Below are positions 47,517 through 64,000 of a stretch of DNA of 64,000 nt, in pieces. The DNA is taken from positions 2,717-66,716 of the forward strand of contig CAMODD010000004.1 of assembly GCA_946611215.1 (NCBI GenBank), given 5' to 3'. Made by a program: the position numbers and the translations under genes. This stretch comes from an uncultured Bacteroidales bacterium (lineage in GTDB: Bacteria; Bacteroidota; Bacteroidia; Bacteroidales; UBA932). The notes below the pieces were generated by a model. It did not search any database. It was given only the letters and a program-made list of their open reading frames with translations, and was not told the origin of the DNA. Within the stretch, counting starts at the first letter, position 1; the number at the start of each line of letters is the position of its first letter.

Positions 47517-50500
47517 TTATTTATTGTTGCTTACATGACCGAACTTCACCTTGACGGAGAAGCCCAGGCTGCGGGTAGAGGGCTGCATGAAGTAGTCCAC
47601 ACCCTGGTTGTAAGTGCCTACGTTGGAAGTCATTTCAGGATCGAAGGGAGCCTTGAGGAAGAGCATGGCCAGGTTGTTTCCGACGAGGGAAACGTTGAGG
47701 CCCTTGAGCCAGGGAGCGCCCCACTTGGAAACGGGGAAGTCGTAGCCCAGGGAAACCTCGGCGAGACGCACGTTGGTGGCGTCATACACATACTGGCTCA
47801 TGACACCGTCCCGCACGCCCAGGGTCTGGTAGTAGCCCTGGATGTCGTAGGAGCGCATGCCGTTGAACTCCAGATAACCCTTCTCGCGGGCATCGGCGGT
47901 ATCCTGGGAAATACCGTAGTAGTCCAGGATGGCCTGCGTCTTGGAGATGGCGATACCGCCCAGGCGGGCCGTGAAGAGGAAGCTGGCGGTGAAGCCGGCA
48001 TAGCCGATGTGGCCGCCCCAGCTCAGTCTGTGCTTGGCGTCGGTGGAACCGGCATAGATCATATCCTTCTCATCGTAGTCGGCCATGACCATACCGGCCG
48101 ATGTGAGCTTGTAGTAGCCGTGCTCGTCGGTGGCGAGGGTGGTCACATAGACATCACCCAGGGAGCCGCCTTCATAGAGGAAGGTGTTGAGGCCGCCGAA
48201 GCCGCCCATCGGGAGACCGTTGCCGTCATGGACCTCGCCGGTCTCGGGATCGGTGAAGTGCAGGTCCACGATCTTGTTCTCGTTCCAGGTCCAGGTGAGA
48301 TACGTTCCATAGTTGAACTTGCCCACGCTGTCGTTGAAACGCAGGGACATTTCCACACCCTGGTTGTCCACGCGGCCGCCGTTGAGGTAAATGTTGCTGG
48401 TGGTGGAGGTGGAGGACAGACGGGGATTGTAGAACTGGTTGAGGGTGCTGGCCTTATAATAGGTAGCATCGATCTGCAGCTTGCTGTCGAAGAAGTGGAT
48501 GTTGGTACCTACCTCGAAGGACTTGGTGCGCTCCGGCTGCAGATTGGTGTTGCGGCGACGGGTGTTGCGCGTCACGGCACCGTTGTTCTGGACAGCGCGG
48601 GGATCCAGCAGATACAGGGCGGGATCCGGGGAGTTACCAACCTCGGAATAGGAGGCGCGGACCTTCCAGTAAGGGAAAGCCTTGCTCTTGAGACCGGGGA
48701 TGAGTTCGGTGACGATACCGGACAGGCCGATGGTAGGATAGGTGATGGCACCGGCCGTCCACAGCGTGGAGTTCCAGTCGGCACGGAACGTGGCGTCCAG
48801 ATAGACGCGGCTGCGCCAGCCCAGCTGGGCGTTGGCGAAGATGGACTGGTTCTGGTAGCGGTAACCGTCGGTGAGGAGCACCGTGTTGGCGCTGTTACGG
48901 TCAATGTTGTTGAGGTCGAACTTGTTGTTCACCGTGAGGAGGGGACCGTTGATGTTGTCGGTGCGGAAGGTGACGTCGTCAATGTTGGCACCCACCACGC
49001 CGGAGAGGTTGAACAGGTTGTCTCCCCAGTATTTGTTGAAGGTAGCCAGCACCTCGCCGAACTTCTGCTCGGTGTACTGGTTGTTGCGGCCGTACTTACC
49101 GTGCTTGGAACCCTCGGTGAAGAGGGTGTTGGTACCGGCGTCGAACTTCTGCTCCTGCACTTCGTCGGTGCGGTCGTACTTGGCGCGGGCGCTCAGGGTG
49201 AGCCACTTGAAGGGCTTGTAGGAGAGCTGGGCGCTACCCATGAGGCGGTTCTTGCCATTCTGCCACTTCTGATGCTCCGTGATCCAGTAAGGGTTCTGCA
49301 TGGAGTGCTCGAAGTCGTAGGGCCAGAACTGGGTCTTGAGACCGCGGCCGGTGTTGTAGCGCTCGTAGATCTGGACCTTGCTCCAGTCTTCGCTTACCGG
49401 GAAGAGGTACACGGGAACCACGGGGTTGCCGTATTCACCCTGTGCAATCATGTTCTGCTCTGCCACATGACCGTAGGTGACGTTGATGTCCATGGACAGG
49501 ATGTCCTTGAGAAGGTCCGTGGTGTTGCGGAAGCTGATGTTCTGGCGGTCCACGTTGTTGTTGTGGACAATGCCGCGGGCATGGGCGACAGAGGCCGATA
49601 CGTAGGTCTGGCTGCGCTCGTTACCCGAAGAGACGGACACGGAGTTGACCTCGTTCACGCCCGTCTGGAAGAAGTTCCGGGGATTGTAGTTGGAAGGAGT
49701 GGCCAGCTTGGCGCCCCAGCTGTAGTAGGAGCCGGGAGCGGTGGCGCCGTAGGTGTTCTGGAACTGCGGCATCACATAGGCGCTGGAGAAGCTGGTGTTG
49801 TTGGAGTAGTTTACCTCCAGTTTGTCCTTGTCTCCCTTTTTGGTGGTGATGATGATGACGCCGTTGGCGGCGGAAGCACCATACAGAGCGGCGGCGGAAG
49901 GACCGGAGAGCACGGAAATGCTCTCGATGTCGTCCTGGTTGATGGAACCGAGGACATCACCCGTCTGGCCGGCACCGGCATAGACACCTTCGGGCTGCGT
50001 GCCGCGCAGGGACTGCATGGGCACGCCGTCAATCACGTAGAGGGCGTTGTTGTTGTTGGAGATGGACTTGGAACCACGCATGACGATACGCGAGGAACCA
50101 CCCACGCCCGTGGAGGACTGGCTGATGGAAACGCCCGCCACCTTACCGTTGAGGCTGTTCACGAAGGAACCCACCGGAGATACGCTCTCCAGCTTGGCCT
50201 GCTGAACGTTGTAGGAAAGGGACTTTTCCTCTTTTTTGATACCCATGGCGGTGACCACCGTAGCGTTGAGCACGTTGTTGGCCTCCGTGAGGGTTACATT
50301 GATGACGTTGCGGCTGCCGATGGTCTCGAGGGCATCCTGCATGCCGATGAAGGAATAACGCAGCACGGCGGCCTCGGCCGGAACGGCCAGTTCATAGTGG
50401 CCGTCCAGGTCGGTCATGATGCCGATGGTGGGGGTGATTCCTTCTACGGTTACGCTGGCGCCGATGAGCGGCTCGCCGAACTCGTCGGTAACGGTACCCT

Positions 50501-50600
50501 GGATGGTGCGATTCTGACCCAGGGCCACGCTACCGGAAACAAACAACCCTGCCGCAGCGGCTAGCACCACTGCCAGAGCTTTCTTGAGTTGGTAACGCAT
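47517..50600 (-). CDS. susC: SusC/RagA TonB-dependent transporter
   Basis: GEPLIGASV, VVTAMGI, LYVIDGVP, DIESISVLSGPSAAALYG..AANGVIIITTK, LQPERTKSFEVG; ATG at 50600. Confidence 0.96.
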   Translation of the reverse strand: MRYQLKKALAVVLAAAAGLFVSGSVALGQNRTIQGTVTDEFGEPLIGASVTVEGITPTIGIMTDLDGHYELAVPAEAAVLRYSFIGMQDALETIGSRNVINVTLTEANNVLNATVVTAMGIKKEEKSLSYNVQQAKLESVSPVGSFVNSLNGKVAGVSISQSSTGVGGSSRIVMRGSKSISNNNNALYVIDGVPMQSLRGTQPEGVYAGAGQTGDVLGSINQDDIESISVLSGPSAAALYGASAANGVIIITTKKGDKDKLEVNYSNNTSFSSAYVMPQFQNTYGATAPGSYYSWGAKLATPSNYNPRNFFQTGVNEVNSVSVSSGNERSQTYVSASVAHARGIVHNNNVDRQNISFRNTTDLLKDILSMDINVTYGHVAEQNMIAQGEYGNPVVPVYLFPVSEDWSKVQIYERYNTGRGLKTQFWPYDFEHSMQNPYWITEHQKWQNGKNRLMGSAQLSYKPFKWLTLSARAKYDRTDEVQEQKFDAGTNTLFTEGSKHGKYGRNNQYTEQKFGEVLATFNKYWGDNLFNLSGVVGANIDDVTFRTDNINGPLLTVNNKFDLNNIDRNSANTVLLTDGYRYQNQSIFANAQLGWRSRVYLDATFRADWNSTLWTAGAITYPTIGLSGIVTELIPGLKSKAFPYWKVRASYSEVGNSPDPALYLLDPRAVQNNGAVTRNTRRRNTNLQPERTKSFEVGTNIHFFDSKLQIDATYYKASTLNQFYNPRLSSTSTTSNIYLNGGRVDNQGVEMSLRFNDSVGKFNYGTYLTWTWNENKIVDLHFTDPETGEVHDGNGLPMGGFGGLNTFLYEGGSLGDVYVTTLATDEHGYYKLTSAGMVMADYDEKDMIYAGSTDAKHRLSWGGHIGYAGFTASFLFTARLGGIAISKTQAILDYYGISQDTADAREKGYLEFNGMRSYDIQGYYQTLGVRDGVMSQYVYDATNVRLAEVSLGYDFPVSKWGAPWLKGLNVSLVGNNLAMLFLKAPFDPEMTSNVGTYNQGVDYFMQPSTRSLGFSVKVKFGHVSNNK

Positions 50601-50636
50601 AAAGATTTGGTTGGTTATGTATTGGTTGTATTGTTT

Positions 50637-50663
50637 GCTTAAATGTTTTAGCACGCAAAGATA
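50637..50663 (-). promoter_or_regulatory. susC promoter (-7 box) with candidate LacI operator 2
   Basis: TATCTTTG at 50656-50663, followed on the minus strand by GCTAAAACATTTAAGC (50637-50652). Confidence 0.6.
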
Positions 50664-50705
50664 CAAATAATAATTCAGAAAAAAATATCTATCATTCCTT
50701 GATTA

Positions 50706-51445
50706 TTATCTTTTTGTAGCTTTTAGACATAAAGCTTCATCCGTGGGTTTTCCGTTCACGTAGGGCTGTATGTCAAAGGACACGGTATCAATGCCTTCCG
50801 GCATGGTGAACTTGACGTGGATGGTGTCTCTTTCATCGGCCTTCATATGGCCGGGCTGCCGCATGCGCACGTAGGGCTGCCACTCCGGGGGAATGTCAAA
50901 ACGGATATCGGCCTTCCGGGAGCCTCCGTTGCCGTGGCGGAAGAACATGTCGGCCGTCTCGCCGGGACGGCGGCTGCCGAAGTTCATCACCTTGTGGCTC
51001 ATGAAAAGGCCTTCGCCGTAGGCATACGGACGGTCTTCCTCGATGGGGTGGTTATAGCCGATGACCTCTCCCTTGATGACCATGCTGCGGCTTCTCACGG
51101 GGGAATTGCGGTAGTACACCACAATCTCTTCCATCATGGGGCCGGGCCGGTAGGCGGGGTCGTAGGTGACCGTGAGCACCTCGTCTTCGCCGGGCGCCAC
51201 GGGCTTCCGGTCAAAGCTCACCTGGGTGCATCCGCAGGGGGTGTGCAGCTGCACCGGATACAGCGTATCGGCCAAATCGTTTTTGCAAACCAGCTTAAAC
51301 GTGACAGGTCCCTCTATTTCCTTGATTTTACCGAGGTTGGCCTCTGTGGAGGTGGTTACGCGAAGTGTACGCACACCGTTCCCGGGCCCACAGGAAATCA
51401 CCAGCAGCATTGCTGCAGCTGTCATTCTGAGCGAAGCGAAGAATC

Positions 51446-51449
<4 letters not shown>
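50706..51449 (-). CDS. DUF1573 domain lipoprotein
   Basis: TPCGCT..PVAPGE..L.VTYDP..RPG; ISC lipobox. Confidence 0.85.
51419..51446 (+). repeat. 28-bp REP-like element CTGTCATTCTGAGCGAAGCGAAGAATCT
   Basis: 26/28 identical to 6522-6549; encodes RFFASLRMT on the minus strand. Confidence 0.75.
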
Positions 51450-58589
<7,140 letters not shown>

Positions 58590-58607
<18 letters not shown>

Positions 58608-58643
58608 GCAGCGCGCACTTGTGGTGTTCAGGCTGCAAATATA
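58590..58643 (-). promoter_or_regulatory. GH3 operon -7 box and candidate LacI operator 3
   Basis: TATATTTG at 58636-58643; GCTAAATCATTATAAC at 58590-58605 overlapping the start codon. Confidence 0.5.
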
Positions 58644-58659
58644 ATCATTTTTAACGAAA

Positions 58660-60666
58660 TCACTGCTTCTCGGGCAGGTTTTCTACGAGTTCGTAGTCCA
58701 GCAGTTTCTGCTCCAGGGAAGTACCCTTTACCCGGATGCGGAGCGGGTCTCCGAGGCGGATGGAGCGGTGGCTGCGGCGGCCCACGGCGCGGTAGTGCTC
58801 CTCGTCGTAGATGAAGAAGTCGCTCTTGATGGTGCGGTAGGGGATCATGCCCTCAATCTTGGTGGGCTCAATCTCCACGTAGATGCCCCATTCGGTAACG
58901 CCGGAAACGTGTCCGTCGTACTCCTGTCCCACTTTGTCCTGCATGAATTCCACCAGCTTGTACTTGATGCTCTCTCGCTCGGCCTCGGCGGCGATGACTT
59001 CGCGCTCGGAGGCGTGCTTGCACTGGAGGGTATAGTAGTCCTTGTTTGCGCTGTCCCCGCCCTTGAGGTAGCGGGCCAGGAGGCGGTGTACCATCATGTC
59101 GGGGTAGCGGCGGATGGGAGAGGTAAAATGTGTATAGAAGTTGAAGGCCAGGCCATAGTGGCCAATGTTGTCGGTGCTGTAGCAGGCTTTGGCCATGGAG
59201 CGCAGGGCCAGGATCTGGATGGCGCCCAGCTCGGGCTTGTTGTCCGCGGCCTTCATGAGGCTGTTGAGGCTCTTGGCAATCTCCTTGCCGCCTTCCATGG
59301 GGCCCATCTTATAGCCAAAGTGGCCGGCGAAGTCGCGGAGGCCGCTCAGCTTCTCCATGTTGGGCTCGTCGTGGATACGGTAGACGAAGGTCTTGGCTTT
59401 GGCCGATGCCTTGCCGCCCATCTTGCCGGCGGTGGCCACGAACTCCGCCACGTTGCGGTTGGCCAGGAGCATGAACTCCTCGATGAGCCAGTTGGCTTCC
59501 TTGGAGAATTTCTGGTGTACGCCAATGGGCTTTCCGTTTTCGTCCACGTCTACCTTCATCTCCGGGCGCTCGAAGTTCACGGCGCCGGCCTTGAAGCGGC
59601 GGTCCCTGAGCTTGAGGGCCAGTTTGTTGAGGATGAGGATGGCTTCCTGGATATCGGCCGGCACTTCCTCGGGCTTTGCGCCTTCGATGATGGCCTGGGC
59701 GCCCTCGTAGTCGAAGCGGTAGTCGGATATGATGTTGGTGCGGCCAAACCAGGGGTTGATGACCTTGGCCTGGGGCGTGAGTTCGAACACGGCGCTGAAG
59801 CACAGCTTTTCCTCGTTGGGGCGCAGGGAGCACAGCTTGTTGGAGAGTTTCTCCGGCAGCATGGGCACGGTGCGGTCTACAAGGTATACGGATGTTCCGC
59901 GGGCCTGCGCCTCCTTGTCCACGGCGGTGTCCGGGCGCACGTACCAGGTTACATCGGCAATGTGCACGCCCACCTCGAAGTTGCCGTTTTCGAGCTTCCG
60001 GAAGCTGAGGGCGTCGTCAAAGTCCTTGGCGTCGGTGGGGTCGATGGTGAAGGTGAGCGTGTCCCGGAAGTCCCTCCGGTGGGCGCGGTCTTCGTCGGTG
60101 ATGGTCTCGGGGATGCTGTCGGCCGCATTCTCCACCTCTTTCTCAAAGCGGTAGGGAAGGCCGAACTCGGCCAGGATGGCGTGCATCTCGGTGTCGTTCT
60201 CTCCGGGCATGCCCAGCACGTCCACCACGTGGCCGAAGGGGCCTGCGGCACCGCGCTCCCAGCCGTCCACGACGGCTGCTACCTTCATGCCTTTGACGCC
60301 GCCTTCCGGAACGGGGACGGAGATGTCGTAGGGCATGGTCTTGGAGCTCATGAGCACCCAGGCCTGGTTTCCCACAATGTGCAGGATTCCCACGAACGGG
60401 CGGCCCGAGCGTTCTACGATGGCGACAACCTCGCCGCTGCGGCGTTTGGCTTTGCCGGTCTTCTCCTGCGTGACGGCCACCCTTACGATATCTCCGTTGA
60501 GGGCGCCGCGCGTCTTGGAGGCTTTTACGTAAATGTCTTCTTCCTGTCCTTCTACGTGGACAAAGATGAAGCCGTCACGGGACATGATGGCTTTTCCCTC
60601 ATACTCGGGAACGATCTTTTTCTTTTTATGGTTTTTCCTGTTGGAACTGTTTTTTCTTCTGGACAT
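58660..60666 (-). CDS. rnr: Ribonuclease R
   Basis: FTIDPTDAKDFDDA, HIADV, RGTSVY, IEEFMLLAN, YTHFTSPIRRYPD, S1 domain. Confidence 0.97.
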   Translation of the reverse strand: MSRRKNSSNRKNHKKKKIVPEYEGKAIMSRDGFIFVHVEGQEEDIYVKASKTRGALNGDIVRVAVTQEKTGKAKRRSGEVVAIVERSGRPFVGILHIVGNQAWVLMSSKTMPYDISVPVPEGGVKGMKVAAVVDGWERGAAGPFGHVVDVLGMPGENDTEMHAILAEFGLPYRFEKEVENAADSIPETITDEDRAHRRDFRDTLTFTIDPTDAKDFDDALSFRKLENGNFEVGVHIADVTWYVRPDTAVDKEAQARGTSVYLVDRTVPMLPEKLSNKLCSLRPNEEKLCFSAVFELTPQAKVINPWFGRTNIISDYRFDYEGAQAIIEGAKPEEVPADIQEAILILNKLALKLRDRRFKAGAVNFERPEMKVDVDENGKPIGVHQKFSKEANWLIEEFMLLANRNVAEFVATAGKMGGKASAKAKTFVYRIHDEPNMEKLSGLRDFAGHFGYKMGPMEGGKEIAKSLNSLMKAADNKPELGAIQILALRSMAKACYSTDNIGHYGLAFNFYTHFTSPIRRYPDMMVHRLLARYLKGGDSANKDYYTLQCKHASEREVIAAEAERESIKYKLVEFMQDKVGQEYDGHVSGVTEWGIYVEIEPTKIEGMIPYRTIKSDFFIYDEEHYRAVGRRSHRSIRLGDPLRIRVKGTSLEQKLLDYELVENLPEKQ

Positions 60667-60670
60667 ATAA

Positions 60671-61816
60671 CTAGATTAACGAAATGAGTAAATAAAGGAA
60701 GTGTGCGATGACACCGGCGCAGAGGCCGGCGACGGCGTGGGCGCCGATAGCCTTGGAAATGACCTTGCGGTAGCCCATGCTGTCCAGCATGGCGGTGTGC
60801 GTGGAGAGGAATCCGCTCCAGCACATGCCGATGGCGGTGAAGACGGCCACGGTGTTTCCGTCCAGGAAACCGGCGGCGTTGAAGGTGGGCAGAAGGCCGA
60901 GGGCGGCTCCGACTGCACCGAGGGCGGTCATGGGGAAGGCGATGAGCTCCATGTGCTCGAAGCCGAAGAGCCACTCGAACACCCAGTGGATTTTCTCGGC
61001 CAGCCAGGGAAGGACGGGGACGCCCTGTGAGGACGAACCGTTGTACACGCCTTCGGGACCGGCGCCGAAGGTGAGCATGATGACGGCGGTGGTGATGATA
61101 AGGACGCCGGGGATAATCTGCAGGCCCAGTTCCACACCGTTCTTTCCGCCGTCCAGTACGGCGTTGAGAAAACGCATGAAGATGCCGTCCTGGTTTTCTT
61201 CTTCGGGCTGCTCCTCGAAGGATTCACCGGCTGCACTTTCCAGTACGGGGCTGTCCAGCTCGGGATAGGCCTTCAGGCATTTCCGCTGCATGACGCGCGT
61301 GGAGATGATGGAACCGCAGAAAGCACCGGCGAGGCCCACCAGCGCACCGGTAATCTGGACATAGCCCACCATGGTGATGATGACCACGAATCCCATTCCA
61401 AAGGCGGTACCGAAGTTGGTGAGGGAGATGAGCTGGTACTTTTTGAAGAAGGAGGCAAAGTTGCGGTCCTTGGACAGAGCGATAATGGCTGGGTTGTCGG
61501 AGAGGAACGTCATGACGGCCCCGAGGGCTGCCACGCCGGGAAGGTTATAAAGGGGCTTCATGAGGGGGCGCAGGATGCGCTCCAGCAGGTTTACTACGCC
61601 AAATTCCGACATGAGCTTGGACAGCGCGCCCGTGAGCACCGTAATGCCCATGAGGTAGAACACGGTGTTGAGAAGAAGGTCGTGGGCCGTGTTCATGAGG
61701 GTCTTGAGCATGTTGCTCCCGCCCATCTTGTAGCCTAGAAAGCTGAATACGCTGACAAGAAGGGTGAGGAAGACAATGGCTTCAATGGTGGAACGGCGTG
61801 TTTTCTCCGATTTCAT
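60671..61816 (-). CDS. Membrane protein with nucleoside-recognition (Gate/SpmAB-like) repeats
   Basis: About 10 TM helices; LRPLMKPLYNLPG, TFLSDNPA, WSGFLSTH; ATG at 61816 after a TATCTTTG box. Confidence 0.7.
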   Translation of the reverse strand: MKSEKTRRSTIEAIVFLTLLVSVFSFLGYKMGGSNMLKTLMNTAHDLLLNTVFYLMGITVLTGALSKLMSEFGVVNLLERILRPLMKPLYNLPGVAALGAVMTFLSDNPAIIALSKDRNFASFFKKYQLISLTNFGTAFGMGFVVIITMVGYVQITGALVGLAGAFCGSIISTRVMQRKCLKAYPELDSPVLESAAGESFEEQPEEENQDGIFMRFLNAVLDGGKNGVELGLQIIPGVLIITTAVIMLTFGAGPEGVYNGSSSQGVPVLPWLAEKIHWVFEWLFGFEHMELIAFPMTALGAVGAALGLLPTFNAAGFLDGNTVAVFTAIGMCWSGFLSTHTAMLDSMGYRKVISKAIGAHAVAGLCAGVIAHFLYLLISLI

Positions 61817-61849
61817 TTCCTTTGTGGTTGAGTACGCAAAGATAAGCAA

Positions 61850-62503
61850 TTATCGGTACAATTCCCGTAGGACGGCAAGGGACTTTACCTGAATGTTGGC
61901 TTCGGTGTGATAGGAAAGGTACTGGAGGAGCTCCTCGCACAGGGCGTTGCGGACCGCTCCGCTGAGGGGAAGGAGGAGCGACTCGCTGAAGCTGGCCGCA
62001 GTGAGCGCCTTCATCTGGTTCAGGTGTTCTCCGGCAAAGGGGGCGATGTCGTCAAAGGTGGGCCGAAAGCCAAGTGCTCCCGCAAGTTCCAGAAGGAACC
62101 GGACGGGGAAGTTGGCAAAATCGGCCTCCAGCGCATTGAGGGTAAGGATGCTTCCTACGCACCACTCGTACAGGCCGTCTTCGTTGGCACCGTCCCTTAC
62201 CGTGCGGAACAGCACTTCGGAGAGGAACAGCGTCATGGTGTTTTTCTTCAGGTTTCCCCGGATCCCTTCCAGGGCGTCCTTGAGCGTGATGTTTCTCAGG
62301 GTCCAGAGCTCGCTCTTGCTGCTTTCCACGACATCGGCCTCCAGGATGTTCAGAGGCAGAAACAAAGTGGTGCCGGTCTTTTTGGCACTGCGTACCAGAA
62401 AGCCCCGGCGCCCCCATTCGCGTGACAGCGTGTGTACCACCAGGGCGTTTTCGCCCACTTTGGTGGTGGTGAGCACGATGAACTCTACAGCGTCTCCCGT
62501 CAT
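61850..62503 (-). CDS. recO: DNA repair protein RecO
   Basis: IVLTTTKVGENALVVHTLSREWG OB fold; KSLAVLREL C-terminus. Confidence 0.88.
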   Translation of the reverse strand: MTGDAVEFIVLTTTKVGENALVVHTLSREWGRRGFLVRSAKKTGTTLFLPLNILEADVVESSKSELWTLRNITLKDALEGIRGNLKKNTMTLFLSEVLFRTVRDGANEDGLYEWCVGSILTLNALEADFANFPVRFLLELAGALGFRPTFDDIAPFAGEHLNQMKALTAASFSESLLLPLSGAVRNALCEELLQYLSYHTEANIQVKSLAVLRELYR

Positions 62504-63120
62504 TTTTTCAGGAATTCGGCCATGGCCCTCAGCGCCTTGCCACGATGGGAAATGGCGTTTTTCTCTTTTTCTCCCAGCTGGGCGTTGGTTTTGTCGTAGC
62601 CCTGGGGGATGAAGACGGGGTCGTAGCCGAAGCCGCCTTTGCCGGCGCGGGCGGGGGCGATGCTGCCCTCCATGACGCCGTCAAAGAAGTGATGCTGGCC
62701 GTCTATGATAAGGGTGACGGAGGTGCGGAAGCGGGCCGAGCGGGTGGCGCGGGCCGTGGTGATGCCGTTGGTGCGGGCCATGGCGGCCTCTTTCTCACGG
62801 CGGGCTATCTCCGAGAGGAGTTTGTCGATGTTGGCGTCGGCGTTGTGCTCGGGGCCGGCATAACGTGCGGTCTCCACGCCGGGCGCGCCGCCCAGGATGT
62901 CCACTTCCAGGCCGGAGTCGTCTGCGAAGCAGTTGAGGCCGGTCTTTTTATAGATGTAGTCGGCCTTCTGCATGGAGTTGGCCCTTAAGGTGTTGCCGGT
63001 TTCGGGGATTTCCTCGGTGATACCGAGCTCTGCGGGGGTAACGAGCTCAAAACCCTCGCCCAAGATTTCAGCAGCTTCCCGGACCTTTCCGGGGTTGCCC
63101 GTTGCAAATACGATCTTCAT
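62500..63120 (-). CDS. rdgB: Non-canonical purine NTP pyrophosphatase
   Basis: FATGNPGK, ADDSGL, GFGYDP, EKNAISHRGKA. Confidence 0.96.
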   Translation of the reverse strand: MKIVFATGNPGKVREAAEILGEGFELVTPAELGITEEIPETGNTLRANSMQKADYIYKKTGLNCFADDSGLEVDILGGAPGVETARYAGPEHNADANIDKLLSEIARREKEAAMARTNGITTARATRSARFRTSVTLIIDGQHHFFDGVMEGSIAPARAGKGGFGYDPVFIPQGYDKTNAQLGEKEKNAISHRGKALRAMAEFLKK

Positions 63121-63143
63121 ATAACTCTAAATTTTTACCGGCG

Positions 63144-63151
63144 CAAAGTTA
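63144..63151 (-). promoter_or_regulatory. -7 promoter box for rdgB-recO
   Basis: TAACTTTG on the minus strand. Confidence 0.6.
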
Positions 63152-63183
63152 CGAAAAAATCCAATAATAAAAAAATTTATTAA

Positions 63184-64000
63184 CTACATCGTGCGGCCGA
63201 TAAGGCTGTGGGCAAAATCTTTAAGCGCCTGATGCCCACTGGCATCCATCCCGGCGTCGGTTCCCTTGAAGACGGCTCGCGTGGAGAGGTCTCCGATGGC
63301 TTTCCGGGCGGCATCGGCAATTCCTACCGAGTCATAGATGGCCTTGACGCGGGCAATCTTTGCGCTCTTTTCCTCTTCGGTGACGGCGGGAGCGGCCAGG
63401 GCTTCTTCCAGGCCCTCTGCGCCCAGCTCCAGCGCTTTTACGGTGAGCCAGCTCTTCTTGCCGTTGAGGATGTCTCCTCCGATGGGCTTCCCAAACACCT
63501 TCTGGTCTCCGTAGGCGTCCAGGTAGTCATCGGCCACCTGGAAAGCGAGGCCCAGGTAGTAACCAAACTCGTATAAACATTCCTGGCTCCACTTGTCGGC
63601 CCCTCCGATGAGGGCGCCCATCTGGGCCGAGCAGGCCAGGAGCACGCCGGTCTTGAGCCCGATCATTTCCATGTACTCTTTCATGGAGACGCGGCTGCGC
63701 TTTTCAAAGTCCATGTCCAGCTGCTGGCCGTCACATACCTCCGAGGCCGTTTTCGAAAAGAGCGCCAGGGCCTCCGGCAGTACGGCGGCGGGGGCTTTTG
63801 CAATGCGCTTGTAGGCGTCTATGCACATGACGTCTCCGCTGAGGATGGCGGTGTCTTCGTTCCATTTTTTCCAGACGGTGTCGTGGCCGCGGCGAAGAGG
63901 GCTGCGGTCCATGATGTCGTCGTGGATGAGGGTGAAGGTGTGGAACACTTCCAGGCCGGCGGCGGGATCCAGAATCTGGGGCGTGAGCTCGCTCTGGTAA
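63184..64000 (-). CDS. ispA: Short-chain polyprenyl (farnesyl/geranylgeranyl) diphosphate synthase, 5' end outside the window
   Basis: EVFHTFTLIHDDIMD..RRG, GQQLD, KTG, AFQVADDYLD, GKPIGGD. Confidence 0.88.
   Translation of the reverse strand, partial: YQSELTPQILDPAAGLEVFHTFTLIHDDIMDRSPLRRGHDTVWKKWNEDTAILSGDVMCIDAYKRIAKAPAAVLPEALALFSKTASEVCDGQQLDMDFEKRSRVSMKEYMEMIGLKTGVLLACSAQMGALIGGADKWSQECLYEFGYYLGLAFQVADDYLDAYGDQKVFGKPIGGDILNGKKSWLTVKALELGAEGLEEALAAPAVTEEEKSAKIARVKAIYDSVGIADAARKAIGDLSTRAVFKGTDAGMDASGHQALKDFAHSLIGRTM

Overview
GC-rich Bacteroidales chromosome segment. The TAnnTTTG promoters, SusC/SusD, the holB-ricT-gldH gene order and the rseC-rnfBCDGEA operon suggest a gut/rumen RC9 or Cryptobacteroides-like organism (inference). 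Left half: lgt; a TolC/MFP/RND efflux operon with a PG0541-type gene; an HUH (RAYT-like) tyrosine transposase bracketed by 141-bp direct repeats made of 51-bp hairpins; housekeeping genes (trxA, prenyl synthase, holB, ricT, trmB, Nif3, dnaB); the Rnf operon; nhaC; tRNA-Arg(TCT); and an orphan wza/wzz pair. Right half: an N-glycan-type utilisation region (2x GH92, GH130, LacI, GH3, GH2, GH29, SusC/D, GH18, LamG lipoproteins) interrupted by a PreT-FeS/PreA fusion gene, followed by rnr, recO, rdgB and ispA. The main unexplained signal is a family of intergenic modules exactly 90 bp long (25-bp IHF-like palindrome, hairpin, 25-bp palindrome) that occur as matched pairs around gene blocks. Other points of interest are the RAYT/hairpin locus, three candidate LacI operators, and a 722-bp apparently identical duplication inside a surface lipoprotein gene. 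All product calls come from motif recognition by eye; no database searches were run.
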